A stretch of DNA of 64,000 bases. Origin: Actinomycetales bacterium mxb001 (GTDB lineage: Bacteria; Actinomycetota; Actinomycetes; S36-B12). The notes beneath the pieces are model-generated. The model was not told the DNA's origin. It saw nothing but the letters and a program-made list of their open reading frames with translations, and made no database searches. Made by a program: the position numbers and the translations under genes. Positions 47,807-60,327 of the stretch are shown here, one piece after another (within the stretch, counting starts at the first letter, position 1; every line of letters begins with the position of its first letter). The DNA is taken from the NCBI GenBank assembly GCA_004379115.1, contig NBNH01000013.1:4136-68135 (forward strand). Reading direction: 5' to 3'.

Positions 47807-50023
47807 GTGGAGGGTTCCATCACCACGACCGAAGCCGTCATCGATAACGGCAGCTTCGGCACCCGCACCATTCGATTCGAGACCGGTCGCTTCGCGCGCC
47901 AGGCCGCCGGCAGCGTGTCGGCCTACCTTGACGACGACACGATGGTCCTCAGCGCCACCACCGCGGGCAAGCAGCCCAAGGACCAGTTCGACTTCTTCCC
48001 CCTGACGGTCGATGTCGAGGAGCGCATGTACGCCGCGGGCCGCATCCCCGGCTCGTTCTTCCGCCGCGAGGGGCGTCCGTCCGAGGACGCGATCCTCACG
48101 TGCCGCCTCATCGACCGGCCTCTGCGCCCGTCCTTCGTCAAGGGCCTGCGCAACGAGGTCCAGATCGTCGAGACGGTCATGGCTCTCAACCCCGATGACC
48201 TCTACGACGTGCTCGCGATCAACGCGGCGTCAGCGTCGACGCAGCTTGCTGGACTGCCCTTCTCCGGACCCATCGGCGGCGTGCGCGTGGCGCTCATCGA
48301 TGGCCAGTGGGTGGCGTTCCCCAAGCACTCACAGCTCGAGCGCGCTGTCTTCGACATGGTCGTTGCTGGCCGCGTCGTCGAAGACGACGTCGCCATCATG
48401 ATGGTCGAGGCCGAGGCCACGACGTCCACCATCGAGCTCATCGCCGGTGGCGCGACCGCGCCGACCGAGCAGGTCGTCGCCCAGGGTCTCGAGGCAGCCA
48501 AGCCCTTCATTCGGGTGCTGTGCGAGGCCCAGCAGGCCCTGGCCGCTGAGGCAGCCAAGCCGGTTGCCGAGTTCCCCGTGTTCCTCGACTACGGCGATGA
48601 CGTCTACGCGGCGGTCGAGGCTGCTGCGGGCAACCGTGTCGCCGAGGCGCTCACCATCGTGGGCAAGGCCGAGCGCGAGGCCGCGCTCGACGGCATCAAG
48701 GTCGACGTCGTCGCTGCCGTTGGACCCCAGTTCGAGGGCCGCGAGAAGGAGATCTCGGCAGCGCTGCGCAGCGTCACCAAGAAGAACGTCCGCGAGCGCG
48801 TCCTGCGCGAGAAGGTGCGCATCGACGGCCGCGGGCCACGCGACATTCGCGTGCTCTCGGCGGAGGTCGACGTGATCCCGCGCGTGCACGGCTCGGCTCT
48901 CTTCGAGCGAGGCGAGACCCAGATCCTGGGCATCACCACGCTCAACATGCTCCGCATGGAGCAGCAGGTCGACACGCTCAACCCCGAGACCCGCAAGCGC
49001 TACATGCACAACTACAACTTCCCGCCCTACTCCACGGGCGAGACGGGTCGCGTCGGTTCCCCGAAGCGTCGCGAGATCGGCCACGGTGCGCTCGCTGAGC
49101 GCGCGCTCGTGCCGGTCCTCCCGACCCGCGAGGAGTTCCCCTACGCGATCCGCCAGGTGTCCGAGGCCCTCGGCTCCAACGGCTCGACGTCCATGGGATC
49201 GGTGTGCGCCTCGACCATGTCGCTCATGTCGGCCGGTGTGCCCCTCAAGGCACCCGTCGCCGGCATCGCGATGGGCCTGATCAGCGGCGACATCGACGGC
49301 AAGACCGAATACGTCGCGATCACCGACATCCTCGGCGCTGAAGACGCCTATGGCGACATGGACTTCAAGGTCGCCGGCACCAAGGACTTCGTCACGGCCC
49401 TGCAGCTCGACACGAAGCTCGACGGCATCCCTGCTTCGGTTCTGGCGGGAGCACTCGACCAGGCACGCGAGGCGCGCCTGACGATCCTCGAGGTCATGGC
49501 CGAGGCGATCGATCACCCCGGTGAGATGTCGCAGTTCGCGCCACGCATCATCTCGGTGAAGATCCCGGTCGACAAGATCGGCGAGGTGATCGGGCCGAAG
49601 GGCAAGATCATCAACCAGATCCAGGAAGACACCGGCGCCGACATCACCATCGAGGACGACGGCACCATCTACATCGGTGCGTCCGATGGCATCGCCGCGG
49701 AGGCGGCGCGGGCCAAGATCAACGCGATCGCCAATCCGACGATGCCCGAGATCGGCGAGCGCTACCTCGGCACGGTGGTCAAGACGACGACGTTCGGCGC
49801 CTTCGTCTCGCTCGTGCCCGGCCGCGACGGACTCTTGCACATCTCGGAGGTCAAGAAGCTCGCCCCGGGCAAGAAGCGCCTCGAAAACGTCGAAGAGGTG
49901 CTCAAGGTCGGCGACAAGGTGCAGGTCGAGATCAAGGAGATCGACCCGCGCGGCAAGCTGTCGCTGATCCCCGTGGTCGACGAAGCGGCGGCCGACAAGG
50001 AACCCGCCACCGCCGACGCCTGA
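47807..50023 (+). CDS. pnp: polyribonucleotide nucleotidyltransferase (PNPase)
   Basis: 738 aa with two RNase PH-like halves, a KH region ([17 protein letters not shown]) and an S1 region ([18 protein letters not shown]). Follows rpsO. Confidence 0.95.
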   Translation: MEGSITTTEAVIDNGSFGTRTIRFETGRFARQAAGSVSAYLDDDTMVLSATTAGKQPKDQFDFFPLTVDVEERMYAAGRIPGSFFRREGRPSEDAILTCRLIDRPLRPSFVKGLRNEVQIVETVMALNPDDLYDVLAINAASASTQLAGLPFSGPIGGVRVALIDGQWVAFPKHSQLERAVFDMVVAGRVVEDDVAIMMVEAEATTSTIELIAGGATAPTEQVVAQGLEAAKPFIRVLCEAQQALAAEAAKPVAEFPVFLDYGDDVYAAVEAAAGNRVAEALTIVGKAEREAALDGIKVDVVAAVGPQFEGREKEISAALRSVTKKNVRERVLREKVRIDGRGPRDIRVLSAEVDVIPRVHGSALFERGETQILGITTLNMLRMEQQVDTLNPETRKRYMHNYNFPPYSTGETGRVGSPKRREIGHGALAERALVPVLPTREEFPYAIRQVSEALGSNGSTSMGSVCASTMSLMSAGVPLKAPVAGIAMGLISGDIDGKTEYVAITDILGAEDAYGDMDFKVAGTKDFVTALQLDTKLDGIPASVLAGALDQAREARLTILEVMAEAIDHPGEMSQFAPRIISVKIPVDKIGEVIGPKGKIINQIQEDTGADITIEDDGTIYIGASDGIAAEAARAKINAIANPTMPEIGERYLGTVVKTTTFGAFVSLVPGRDGLLHISEVKKLAPGKKRLENVEEVLKVGDKVQVEIKEIDPRGKLSLIPVVDEAAADKEPATADA

Positions 50024-50031
50024 TTACTGAC

Positions 50032-51345
50032 GTGAGCGCACGCAGGGCCTCGACCCGCACCCTCCTGGAGGGGGCGGACGGGGCCCTCGTGCGTCGCACG
50101 GTCCTTCCCAACGGCCTTCGCATCGTCACCGAGTCGGTGCCGGGCGTGCGCTCGGTGTCGTTCGGAGTGTGGGTGAGCGTGGGCTCACGCGATGAATCCC
50201 CCCGCCAGATGGGGTCGGCGCACTTCCTCGAGCACCTGCTGTTCAAGGGCACCCAGCGCCGCTCGGCCTGGGAGATCTCGTCGGCGATCGAGGCGGTCGG
50301 TGGCGAGATGAACGCCTTCACCACGAAGGAATACACCTGCTACTACGCGCGCGTACTCGATACCGACGCGGCGCTCGCGGTCGACGTCGTCTGCGATGTC
50401 GTCACTCGAGGCCTCCTCGACTCCGGCGACATCGAGAGCGAGCGCGGGGTGATCCTCGAGGAGATCGCCATGAACGAGGACGATCCGGGCGACATCGTCC
50501 ACGACCTCTTCATGGAGACCTACTACGGCGCATCGCCACTCGGCCGCTCGATCCTCGGCAGCCAGGAGACGATTGCCGAGCTATCGCCGCGGGGCATCCG
50601 CGCGTTCTACCGACGCAATTACGTACCCTCGCGAATCGTGGTCTCGGCCGCCGGCTCGGTCGATCACGACGAGATCGTCCGGCTCGTCACCGAGGCATTC
50701 GACCATGAGTACGCCGATGCCGAGCCCGAACGCCGGGTGGTGCGCGCGCGGGCGGCTGCTGCGCGCGGTCGCGGAACCACGGCCATCCAGGCACGGCCCA
50801 TCGAGCAGGCCAATCTCGTCATGGGATACGGCGGCCTGCGGCGCACCGACGATCGTCGCTACGCCCTCGGTGTCCTCAACGCTGCCCTGGGTGCGGGAAT
50901 GTCGAGTCGGCTCTTTCAGCGGGTGCGCGAGGAGCGCGGCTTGGCCTACTCCGTCTACTCATTCACCTCCAACTTCAGCGACTCGGGCTACACGGGCATC
51001 TATGCCGGCTGCTTGCCGAGCAAGGTCGGCGAGGTCGTCCAGGTGTGTCGCGAGACGGTCGCGGAAGTCAGCCGGTCCGGACTGACCGACGAGGAATTGC
51101 AGCGCGGCAAGGGCCAGGTCAAGGGCGGTGTCGTGCTGGGGCAAGAGGACACCGGGGCGCGCATGAGCCGCATCGCGAAGGGCGAGTTGCTCTACGACGA
51201 GATTCCCTCGATCGACGAGGTGCTCGAGCGCATCGACGCGGTCGACCACGACGACGTGCGCGACCTTGCTGGCACGTTGCTCAGCGACGAGCCGACGTAC
51301 GCGTTGATCGGACCCTTCGACGAGGGCATCGATCTGGCCCGATAG
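50032..51345 (+). CDS. M16 family zinc peptidase (pitrilysin-like)
   Basis: 437 aa. Inverted zinc motif HFLEHLLFKGT. Conserved position after pnp. Confidence 0.85.
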   Translation: MSARRASTRTLLEGADGALVRRTVLPNGLRIVTESVPGVRSVSFGVWVSVGSRDESPRQMGSAHFLEHLLFKGTQRRSAWEISSAIEAVGGEMNAFTTKEYTCYYARVLDTDAALAVDVVCDVVTRGLLDSGDIESERGVILEEIAMNEDDPGDIVHDLFMETYYGASPLGRSILGSQETIAELSPRGIRAFYRRNYVPSRIVVSAAGSVDHDEIVRLVTEAFDHEYADAEPERRVVRARAAAARGRGTTAIQARPIEQANLVMGYGGLRRTDDRRYALGVLNAALGAGMSSRLFQRVREERGLAYSVYSFTSNFSDSGYTGIYAGCLPSKVGEVVQVCRETVAEVSRSGLTDEELQRGKGQVKGGVVLGQEDTGARMSRIAKGELLYDEIPSIDEVLERIDAVDHDDVRDLAGTLLSDEPTYALIGPFDEGIDLAR

Positions 51346-51371
51346 GGACGGCTAAGCGGCCCCTATCGGGC
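51337..51371. terminator. bidirectional hairpin between convergent genes
   Basis: An 11-bp perfect stem, GCCCGATAGGG (51337-47) with CCCTATCGGGC (51361-71), around a 13-nt loop. It spans the M16 stop (51343-45) and ends 7 nt before the stop of the minus-strand gene (51378). Confidence 0.55.
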
Positions 51372-51377
51372 TTCCCG

Positions 51378-54165
<2,788 letters not shown>

Positions 54166-54166
54166 C

Positions 54167-54715
54167 TCAGCCGCGGGTTTCACGCCACCACAGGGTGAGT
54201 CGATCGCCTGACGCGTCCCACGCCTGCGACCGAAGCCACAGGTCGGGATCGACGTTCGTGATGGTCGTCGATACCGACTCCTCCGGCGTGTCGAGCGCGA
54301 GCGACTGTGCGCGGACGGGAATCGGAGTGCCAAGCCATCCGTGCGTCGCGGCGTCGATGCGTACCCGCGTTACGTCATCCCACGGAATGAACGTCGTCGT
54401 CAGCACCCGAGAGACCTTCACTCCTCGATCGCTCACGTAGGTCCCCGCAGCCCAGCCCCGCAGCAGGAGCGCACCGCACGGCAGCAGCACGGCGACGATG
54501 AGGGCGACGGCGTAGAACGACGGAGCGACGAAGAGCGAGATGAGAGATGCCGGCAGGAGGCTGAGCCATGCCAGTGACGAGACGATGAGGAAGGCGAGCC
54601 GCCAGGGGCCGCGCGGGGGAATGCGGATCCAGCGTTCTTGTCCGGCCTGGTGATCGACCGGCCCCGGCTCGGAGCGCGGCCACAGGAATCCCAGTAGCGG
54701 GCGACGCTCGATCAC
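54167..54715 (-). CDS. membrane protein with bacterial PH-like domain
   Basis: 182 aa from an internal GTG of track ORF 54167..55363, overlapping the azlD stop (GTGA). Two TM helices are followed by TYVSDRGVKVSRVLTTTFIPWDDVTRVRID, a bPH-like pattern. Confidence 0.5.
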   Translation of the reverse strand: MIERRPLLGFLWPRSEPGPVDHQAGQERWIRIPPRGPWRLAFLIVSSLAWLSLLPASLISLFVAPSFYAVALIVAVLLPCGALLLRGWAAGTYVSDRGVKVSRVLTTTFIPWDDVTRVRIDAATHGWLGTPIPVRAQSLALDTPEESVSTTITNVDPDLWLRSQAWDASGDRLTLWWRETRG

Positions 54716-55023
54716 GGGAGCCAACCCAGGGCGCGCACACCGGCTGTGATGAACGCGGCGCCCAGGATGACGACCAGGAAGGGAGCGCGCACGAGCAGCA
54801 GGATGACCGCGGTGGCCAGTCCGACGACGCGTGCGTCGACCTCCACGGTCTGGCCACTGGTAAACGTCCAGAGCCCGACCAGTGCCGAGAGCAGCGCCAC
54901 GGGGATGAGCACCGTGATGCGTTGCGTCACTGGCTGATCGAGCCAGCGTTGCGGGACCGAGTAGCCCGCGAGCTTGATCCCGTAGCACACGATGGATGCC
55001 GCAATCACCGTCGTCCAGATCAC
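54712..55023 (-). CDS. azlD: branched-chain amino acid exporter small subunit AzlD
   Basis: 103 aa with 3-4 TM helices. MIWTTVIAASIVCYGIKLAGYSVP is typical of AzlD. Overlaps the azlC stop by 4 nt. Confidence 0.75.
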   Translation of the reverse strand: MIWTTVIAASIVCYGIKLAGYSVPQRWLDQPVTQRITVLIPVALLSALVGLWTFTSGQTVEVDARVVGLATAVILLLVRAPFLVVILGAAFITAGVRALGWLP

Positions 55024-55736
55024 GCTGCATCACCGCCCGTGCCTCGACGGAGTTCGGGAAGGGCGAGAAGCAGGCCGATGGCCACGCCGGCGGCCCCGGC
55101 GATGAGCACGGGAATGCCCGGAGGCAGGAAGGGCGTGAACGCCACCGCGGTGACCAGCGACACGACGAAGACAGCGCGCATCGGCCACGAGGTGAGCCGC
55201 GGCCAGATGAGTGCCAGGAAGGCCGCGGGACCGGCAGCATCGAGTCCGAGGACGGCCGGATCGTCGAGCAGGCCCGCTCCGACGGCGCCGATGAGGGTTC
55301 CGATGTTCCAGCAGATGAAGATCGCCACCCCGGTCGACCAGAAGGCCAGCCGTGCACCCGCATTCGTCTCGTCGTGCCCCACGGCCATGCCGGTGGACTC
55401 GTCGATGGTGAGTTGAGCAGCTGCCAGGCGGCGCCATCCGCGGGGGCGTAGCACGCTTGCCATGGTCACGGAGTAGAACGCATTGCGGCTTCCGATGAGC
55501 GCGGCAGTGGCAATGGCCACGACAGCCCCACCACCCGCGCCCAGGATCGCGATGAGCGCGAATTGGGACGCACCGGTGAACATCAGCAGTGACAGTGCCT
55601 GCGTCTGCCAGATGGACAGTCCCGCTGATACCGAGAGCGCACCGAACGACAGGGCGTAGGCGCCCGTGCCGATGCCCAGGCCGATGGCATCACGACGGAT
55701 GGACCGGCGCTGGACCTCGTTGAGCTCGTCGCTCAC
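55020..55736 (-). CDS. azlC: AzlC family branched-chain amino acid exporter subunit
   Basis: 238 aa from an internal GTG of track ORF 55020..56072. GAYALSFGALSVSAGLSIWQTQALSLLMFTGASQFA is an AzlC hallmark. The start overlaps the glpD stop (GTGA). Confidence 0.8.
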   Translation of the reverse strand: MSDELNEVQRRSIRRDAIGLGIGTGAYALSFGALSVSAGLSIWQTQALSLLMFTGASQFALIAILGAGGGAVVAIATAALIGSRNAFYSVTMASVLRPRGWRRLAAAQLTIDESTGMAVGHDETNAGARLAFWSTGVAIFICWNIGTLIGAVGAGLLDDPAVLGLDAAGPAAFLALIWPRLTSWPMRAVFVVSLVTAVAFTPFLPPGIPVLIAGAAGVAIGLLLALPELRRGTGGDAA

Positions 55737-57292
55737 GCGATCTCCATGTCGGGATCGATGGCCCGGGCGATCTCCGTCACTCGGTCTCGCGCTCGTTCGA
55801 GTGCGGCGGGGGTGACCGACAGGCGGGTACGTCGCTCCAGGATGTCGGCGACGGCCAGGGCCCCCTCGGCGCGCACCGCGTGCACCACCTCGACGCCGAG
55901 TACGGGCACTCCGGGAGCCACCGGTGCCAGCAGCGAGGGGTCGTCCGATGCCCAGTTCGCGACTCGACCGGCTTCCGCTCCGTAGTGCCGCACCAACCGC
56001 GCGGGGACGCCGACTGGGCCCGCCGCGCGGTAGGGCTGCGCACCGACGAGGGGAGTGGTGGCCGTGATGCATTGTTCGTCGAGGCGTAGTGCGTCAACTG
56101 CGTCCTGGGCCATGCGGCGATAGGTGGTGAGCTTGCCTCCGGTGACAACCACGTAGCCATCGTTCGTGACTCGAACGAGGTGTCGGCGCGAGATGTCCGC
56201 GGTGCCGTCGCTGTCATTGCCATCCGCGGGCGCTACCAGGGGACGTAGACCGGCATACGTGCCGATGACGTCATCGTCGCTCAACGGCCGACTCAGTGCG
56301 GAGGACAGCTGCTCGAGGATCCAGGTGACGTCGTTGAGCGGTGCGACGGGAACGTCGGGAATCGGGCCCGGCTCTGGCTCGTCGGTGATCCCTGCGATGA
56401 CCGGACCATCCGTGGTCGGCAGCGCGAAGACGAAACGCCCCCGCTCATTCGGGACCGGCACCGTCAGGGCCGCTCGCGGAAAGCCGAGGGCGGCTGGGTC
56501 CAGCACCGCATGCGTTCCGCGCGAGGCCAGGATGCGAGTCGCAGGATCCAGTGACTGCGTCCACACGCCGGTGGCAACGATCACATGGCGAGCATGAATG
56601 TCATAGGCCTGTCCGCTGACGGTGTCGCGGACGCGAGCGCCCTCGCCAGACACCGACTCCGCGCGCGTGCGCGTGAGGATGCGCGCGCCATAGGCGGCGG
56701 CCGTGCGCGTGACCGCGACGACCAGTCGCGCATCGTCGACCACCTGGCCGTCCCAGTGCACGGTCGCTCCGCGCAGCCGTTGGGAATCGATGCCGGGCAC
56801 CAGCGTGATCACCTGCTCGGGACCGATATGACGCGGTCGTGCCAGCGCTCCCCGGGGCGTACGCGCGGCCACGCGCAGTAGATCGGCGGCGTTCAGGCCG
56901 GCACGCACCAGCGCACGATCACGCAGTGCGGTGTCGTCGAAAGCCGGCATCACGTGCGGAAGTGGTCGGATGAGGTGAGGGGCGATCGCGCCCATCAGGT
57001 GACTGCGCTCGACGGCGCTTTCCCAGGCCACGGCCACGTCTCCGTGGGCGAGGTAGCGCAGGCCGCCGTGAATGAGCTTGCTCGACCAGCGCGACGTGCC
57101 AAAGGCGAGATCCTCGGCCTCCACCAATGCGGTGGACAGGCCTCGGGTCGCGGCGTCGAGGGCGACGCCGGCGCCCGTGATGCCACCGCCGATGACGAGG
57201 ACGTCCACCGGAGCACCGGCGGCCAAAGTATCCCGGTCGCGCGCCCGGCGCGCGCGCGTCAGGTCGCTCGGAGCGGCGGTCGCAGCGGGCAC
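55733..57292 (-). CDS. glpD: FAD-dependent glycerol-3-phosphate dehydrogenase
   Basis: 519 aa from the GTG at residue 80 of track ORF 55733..57529. Motifs DVLVIGGGITGAGVALDAATRG and IHGGLRYL. The start is uncertain. Confidence 0.85.
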   Translation of the reverse strand: MPAATAAPSDLTRARRARDRDTLAAGAPVDVLVIGGGITGAGVALDAATRGLSTALVEAEDLAFGTSRWSSKLIHGGLRYLAHGDVAVAWESAVERSHLMGAIAPHLIRPLPHVMPAFDDTALRDRALVRAGLNAADLLRVAARTPRGALARPRHIGPEQVITLVPGIDSQRLRGATVHWDGQVVDDARLVVAVTRTAAAYGARILTRTRAESVSGEGARVRDTVSGQAYDIHARHVIVATGVWTQSLDPATRILASRGTHAVLDPAALGFPRAALTVPVPNERGRFVFALPTTDGPVIAGITDEPEPGPIPDVPVAPLNDVTWILEQLSSALSRPLSDDDVIGTYAGLRPLVAPADGNDSDGTADISRRHLVRVTNDGYVVVTGGKLTTYRRMAQDAVDALRLDEQCITATTPLVGAQPYRAAGPVGVPARLVRHYGAEAGRVANWASDDPSLLAPVAPGVPVLGVEVVHAVRAEGALAVADILERRTRLSVTPAALERARDRVTEIARAIDPDMEIA

Positions 57293-57348
57293 GACGGCAG
57301 CGTGCCATGCGGCGCAACGACGCGCCGAGGCGGTGTCAGACTGTGGCC

Positions 57349-58974
57349 ATGTCCGAAGCTGGCGCACTGTCCTTTCGGTGGGGAATCCCGAAGGAGCCGG
57401 TGTCCCTCGATCCCGACATGCGCTCCTTCCTGGCCGAGCACGTCGGTTCCGCCACCCCGTGGCCGGCCGAGTCGCCCGCGGGATGGGTCCTGGCGGCCCC
57501 CCGGTTGAGCGACGACGATCTCGCGACACTGCGCACCATCGTGGGAGACGAGCACGTCCGGATCGACCGTGAGGCGCGCCTGGCTCACCTGGGGGGCGCC
57601 TCCTTCAGCGACTACGCCCGTCGACGGGTCGGCGATGTGGCCGATGCCCCGGACGCCGTGGTGGCGCCCGAGACTCACGACGAGGTTGAAGGGATCCTGC
57701 GCGCGTGTGCCGAGCGATCCGTGGCCGTCGTCCCGCTCGGGGGAGGAACGTCTGTCGTCGGTGGCCTGCGCCTCGACCGACCGCACATCGCCCTGTCGCT
57801 TCGTCGGATGAACGCCCTGGTTGACCTGGACTCGACATCGGCGATCGTCACGGTCGGGCCCGGCATCACCGGTCCGCGGCTCGAAGCTCTGCTCGCGCCG
57901 CGGGGTTTCACCCTGGGTCATCTGCCGCAGTCGTGGCAGCGCGCGACCATCGGTGGCTACGTCGCCACGAGATCGGCTGGACAGGCCTCGACGGGCTACG
58001 GCCGCAGCGACGACATGGTCGAGTCGCTCGTCGTCGCCACTCCGCGTGGCACCCTCGAACTCGGCCGCGGTCCGTCGTCGGCGGCAGGCCCGGATCTGCG
58101 CGGGCTCTTCGTCGGGAGCGAGGGCGCCTTCGGTGTCATCACGCGCGTGGCGCTACGAGTGCGGCGCCTGCCCACGGAACGCATCTACGAGGGCGTGCTC
58201 TTCCCGGACTTCGCGGCAGGGCGCGAGGCATTTCGCGAGGCCGCTCAATCGCGGACCACTGCTGATGTCATGCGCCTATCGGATGGAGACGAGACGCGCA
58301 CCACCCTGCTGATGTCGGCGCCGGGAGGAGTCGCGGGTGCCGCGCTCGACCGTTACCTGCGCCTGCGCGGTGTCGAGGCGTCCCGCTCCTCGCTGGCGAT
58401 CATCGGCTGGGAAGGGGTCGACCGCGACGCCGTGCGCGCGCGTCGGTCGGCGACCTGGCGCGTCCTGAAGCGCCATGGTGCGGTCAGCCTCGGCAGGAGA
58501 GCAGGGGAGTCCTGGCGACGTCACCGCTTCGAAGGACCATTCCTCCGTGACGCTCTGCTCGATGCGGGTTACCTAGTCGAGACAGTTGAGTCAGCCACCT
58601 CGTGGACGCAGTTGCCAGCGCTGCATGACGCGGTGCACGCGGCCCTGGCCCACAGCCTGGGACCGCGACCCGGTCCCTACGTCATGTCGCACATCTCGCA
58701 CGTCTACGAAACCGGTGCGTCGCTCTACACGACCGTCATCGCGGTAGCTGACCGGGCCGATCCGGTGGGGCAGTGGTCGCGGGCCAAGCGCGCGGTGACC
58801 GATGCCATCTCCGATCAGGGCGCCACGATCACCCACCATCACGCCGTCGGACGCGATCACGCCCCGTGGCTGATCCAGGAGATCGGTCCACTCGGCGTCG
58901 AGGTCCTGGAGTCGGTCAAGTCCGGGATCGACCCGGGCAATGTCATGAATCCGGGGGCGCTGCTTCCGGACTAA
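57349..58974 (+). CDS. FAD-linked oxidase (PCMH-type; alkyl-DHAP synthase / GlcD-like)
   Basis: 541 aa from the ATG at residue 15 of track ORF 57307..58974. FAD-binding motif VVPLGGGTSVVGG. C-terminal HHHAVGRDH. Confidence 0.75.
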   Translation: MSEAGALSFRWGIPKEPVSLDPDMRSFLAEHVGSATPWPAESPAGWVLAAPRLSDDDLATLRTIVGDEHVRIDREARLAHLGGASFSDYARRRVGDVADAPDAVVAPETHDEVEGILRACAERSVAVVPLGGGTSVVGGLRLDRPHIALSLRRMNALVDLDSTSAIVTVGPGITGPRLEALLAPRGFTLGHLPQSWQRATIGGYVATRSAGQASTGYGRSDDMVESLVVATPRGTLELGRGPSSAAGPDLRGLFVGSEGAFGVITRVALRVRRLPTERIYEGVLFPDFAAGREAFREAAQSRTTADVMRLSDGDETRTTLLMSAPGGVAGAALDRYLRLRGVEASRSSLAIIGWEGVDRDAVRARRSATWRVLKRHGAVSLGRRAGESWRRHRFEGPFLRDALLDAGYLVETVESATSWTQLPALHDAVHAALAHSLGPRPGPYVMSHISHVYETGASLYTTVIAVADRADPVGQWSRAKRAVTDAISDQGATITHHHAVGRDHAPWLIQEIGPLGVEVLESVKSGIDPGNVMNPGALLPD

Positions 58975-59503
58975 CGTCATCGACGATGCGGGTGCCCAGC
59001 CGCACTTCGCGGATCACCTCATCGTCGAACACCGACAGGTCGCGGTAGGCCCCATCGGGACCCCACCCCGCCGAGAGCATGAACGCGCGGCGCGGTTCAT
59101 CGGCGAGCGGAATCCAGGTCAGCGCATCGACATGGCCGGACTGGGCGAGGAGGTCGACACAGGCGTTGAGCAGGCGCGAGCCGTGCCCCTGGCCGCGGTG
59201 GTCCGGATCGACGACGAAGAGTTCGATCTCGCCGGCACCGCGCGCATCGGGATCGGCCGAGGGCCCGACGCTGGCCGCTCCTACGACACGACCCGAGTCG
59301 TCGGTGGCGACGAGCAGGCGGTGGGCACCGGGCATGAGCAGGGCGCGCCCCCACTCGAGTGCGATGTCGGAGGGATCCAGCATGTCGGCAACCTGGGCGG
59401 GCAGTAGATCGCCGTAGGCGGCGCGCCATGCGCGGATCTGCACATCCGCCACGTCATCGACGTCCGACGTGCGGGCAAGGCGTACTCCGGCGGGGCCCGA
59501 CAT
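58943..59503 (-). CDS. GNAT family N-acetyltransferase
   Basis: 186 aa. Acetyl-CoA loop VVDPDHRGQGHGSRLL. The 3' end overlaps the convergent oxidase gene by 32 nt. Confidence 0.7.
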   Translation of the reverse strand: MSGPAGVRLARTSDVDDVADVQIRAWRAAYGDLLPAQVADMLDPSDIALEWGRALLMPGAHRLLVATDDSGRVVGAASVGPSADPDARGAGEIELFVVDPDHRGQGHGSRLLNACVDLLAQSGHVDALTWIPLADEPRRAFMLSAGWGPDGAYRDLSVFDDEVIREVRLGTRIVDDVSPEAAPPDS

Positions 59504-59569
59504 GACCCCTGCCTATCACCGGTCCCGGTGTCGGCCGCGGGTAGGGTCGTCACGACTCAAGGAGGACGC

Positions 59570-60295
59570 GTGTCGGAGGCCGAGGCCATCCAGTTCCGCA
59601 ACGACATGACCGTGGAGCTCGTCAAGGCCACCGCGAGCGACTCCGACGTCATCTGGGCAGCTCGAGTCTCGACCAAGGGGGAGGCGTCACTCGACGACGT
59701 CGACGCCGATCCCGAGAAGGCGCGCGGCCTCATCAACTACCTCATGCGCGACCGTCATGGGACGCCGTTCGAGCACACGTCACTGACCTACTTCATCTCC
59801 GCGCCCATCTTCGTCTTCCGCGAGTTCATGCGGCATCGCATCGCTTCCTACAACGAGGAGAGCGGTCGATACCGCGAACTGCGACCGGTGTTCTACGTGC
59901 CCGGCCCTGACCGCAATCTCATTCAGCAGGGCAAGCCGGGCGCCTACGAGTTCGTGCCGGGCACACCTGAGCAGCATCGGATCGTCGTCGAGCAGACCGA
60001 GGCGTCCTGTCGACAGGCCTACGGCGCTTACCAGGACATGCTGGCTGCGGGCGTGGCCCGCGAGGTCGCCCGCATCGTCCTGCCGGTCACCACCTACTCG
60101 TCGATGTACGTCACGATGAACGCTCGGGCGCTGATGAACTTCCTGTCCCTGCGTACCAAGCACCCCGATAGCCACTTCCCATCCTTCCCGCAACGCGAGA
60201 TCGAGATGGTGGCCGATCTCATGGAGGCGGAGTGGGCAGCGCTCATGCCGATCACGCACCAGGCTTTCGCGGCCAACGGCCGCGTCGCGCCGTAG
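59570..60295 (+). CDS. thyX: FAD-dependent thymidylate synthase
   Basis: 241 aa from the GTG at residue 15 of track ORF 59528..60295, preceded by AAGGAGGA. ThyX motif RHRIASYNEESGRY. Confidence 0.9.
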   Translation: MSEAEAIQFRNDMTVELVKATASDSDVIWAARVSTKGEASLDDVDADPEKARGLINYLMRDRHGTPFEHTSLTYFISAPIFVFREFMRHRIASYNEESGRYRELRPVFYVPGPDRNLIQQGKPGAYEFVPGTPEQHRIVVEQTEASCRQAYGAYQDMLAAGVAREVARIVLPVTTYSSMYVTMNARALMNFLSLRTKHPDSHFPSFPQREIEMVADLMEAEWAALMPITHQAFAANGRVAP

Positions 60296-60327
60296 GCCCG
60301 TCTCGGTCGAAGGGATAACCTGCCGTC

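Noticed and set aside
47650-47847. 65-aa ORF inside the rpsO-pnp spacer.
   Set aside because: It runs through the structured leader and across the pnp SD and start in another frame. The product is Arg/Pro/Gly-rich. It is more plausibly non-coding leader RNA.
58943-58974. 32-nt convergent overlap of the FAD-linked oxidase and GNAT genes, considered as an annotation error or regulatory antisense element.
   Set aside because: Both C-termini are probably poorly conserved tails, and such overlaps are common in compact high-GC genomes. Nothing specific supports a function.
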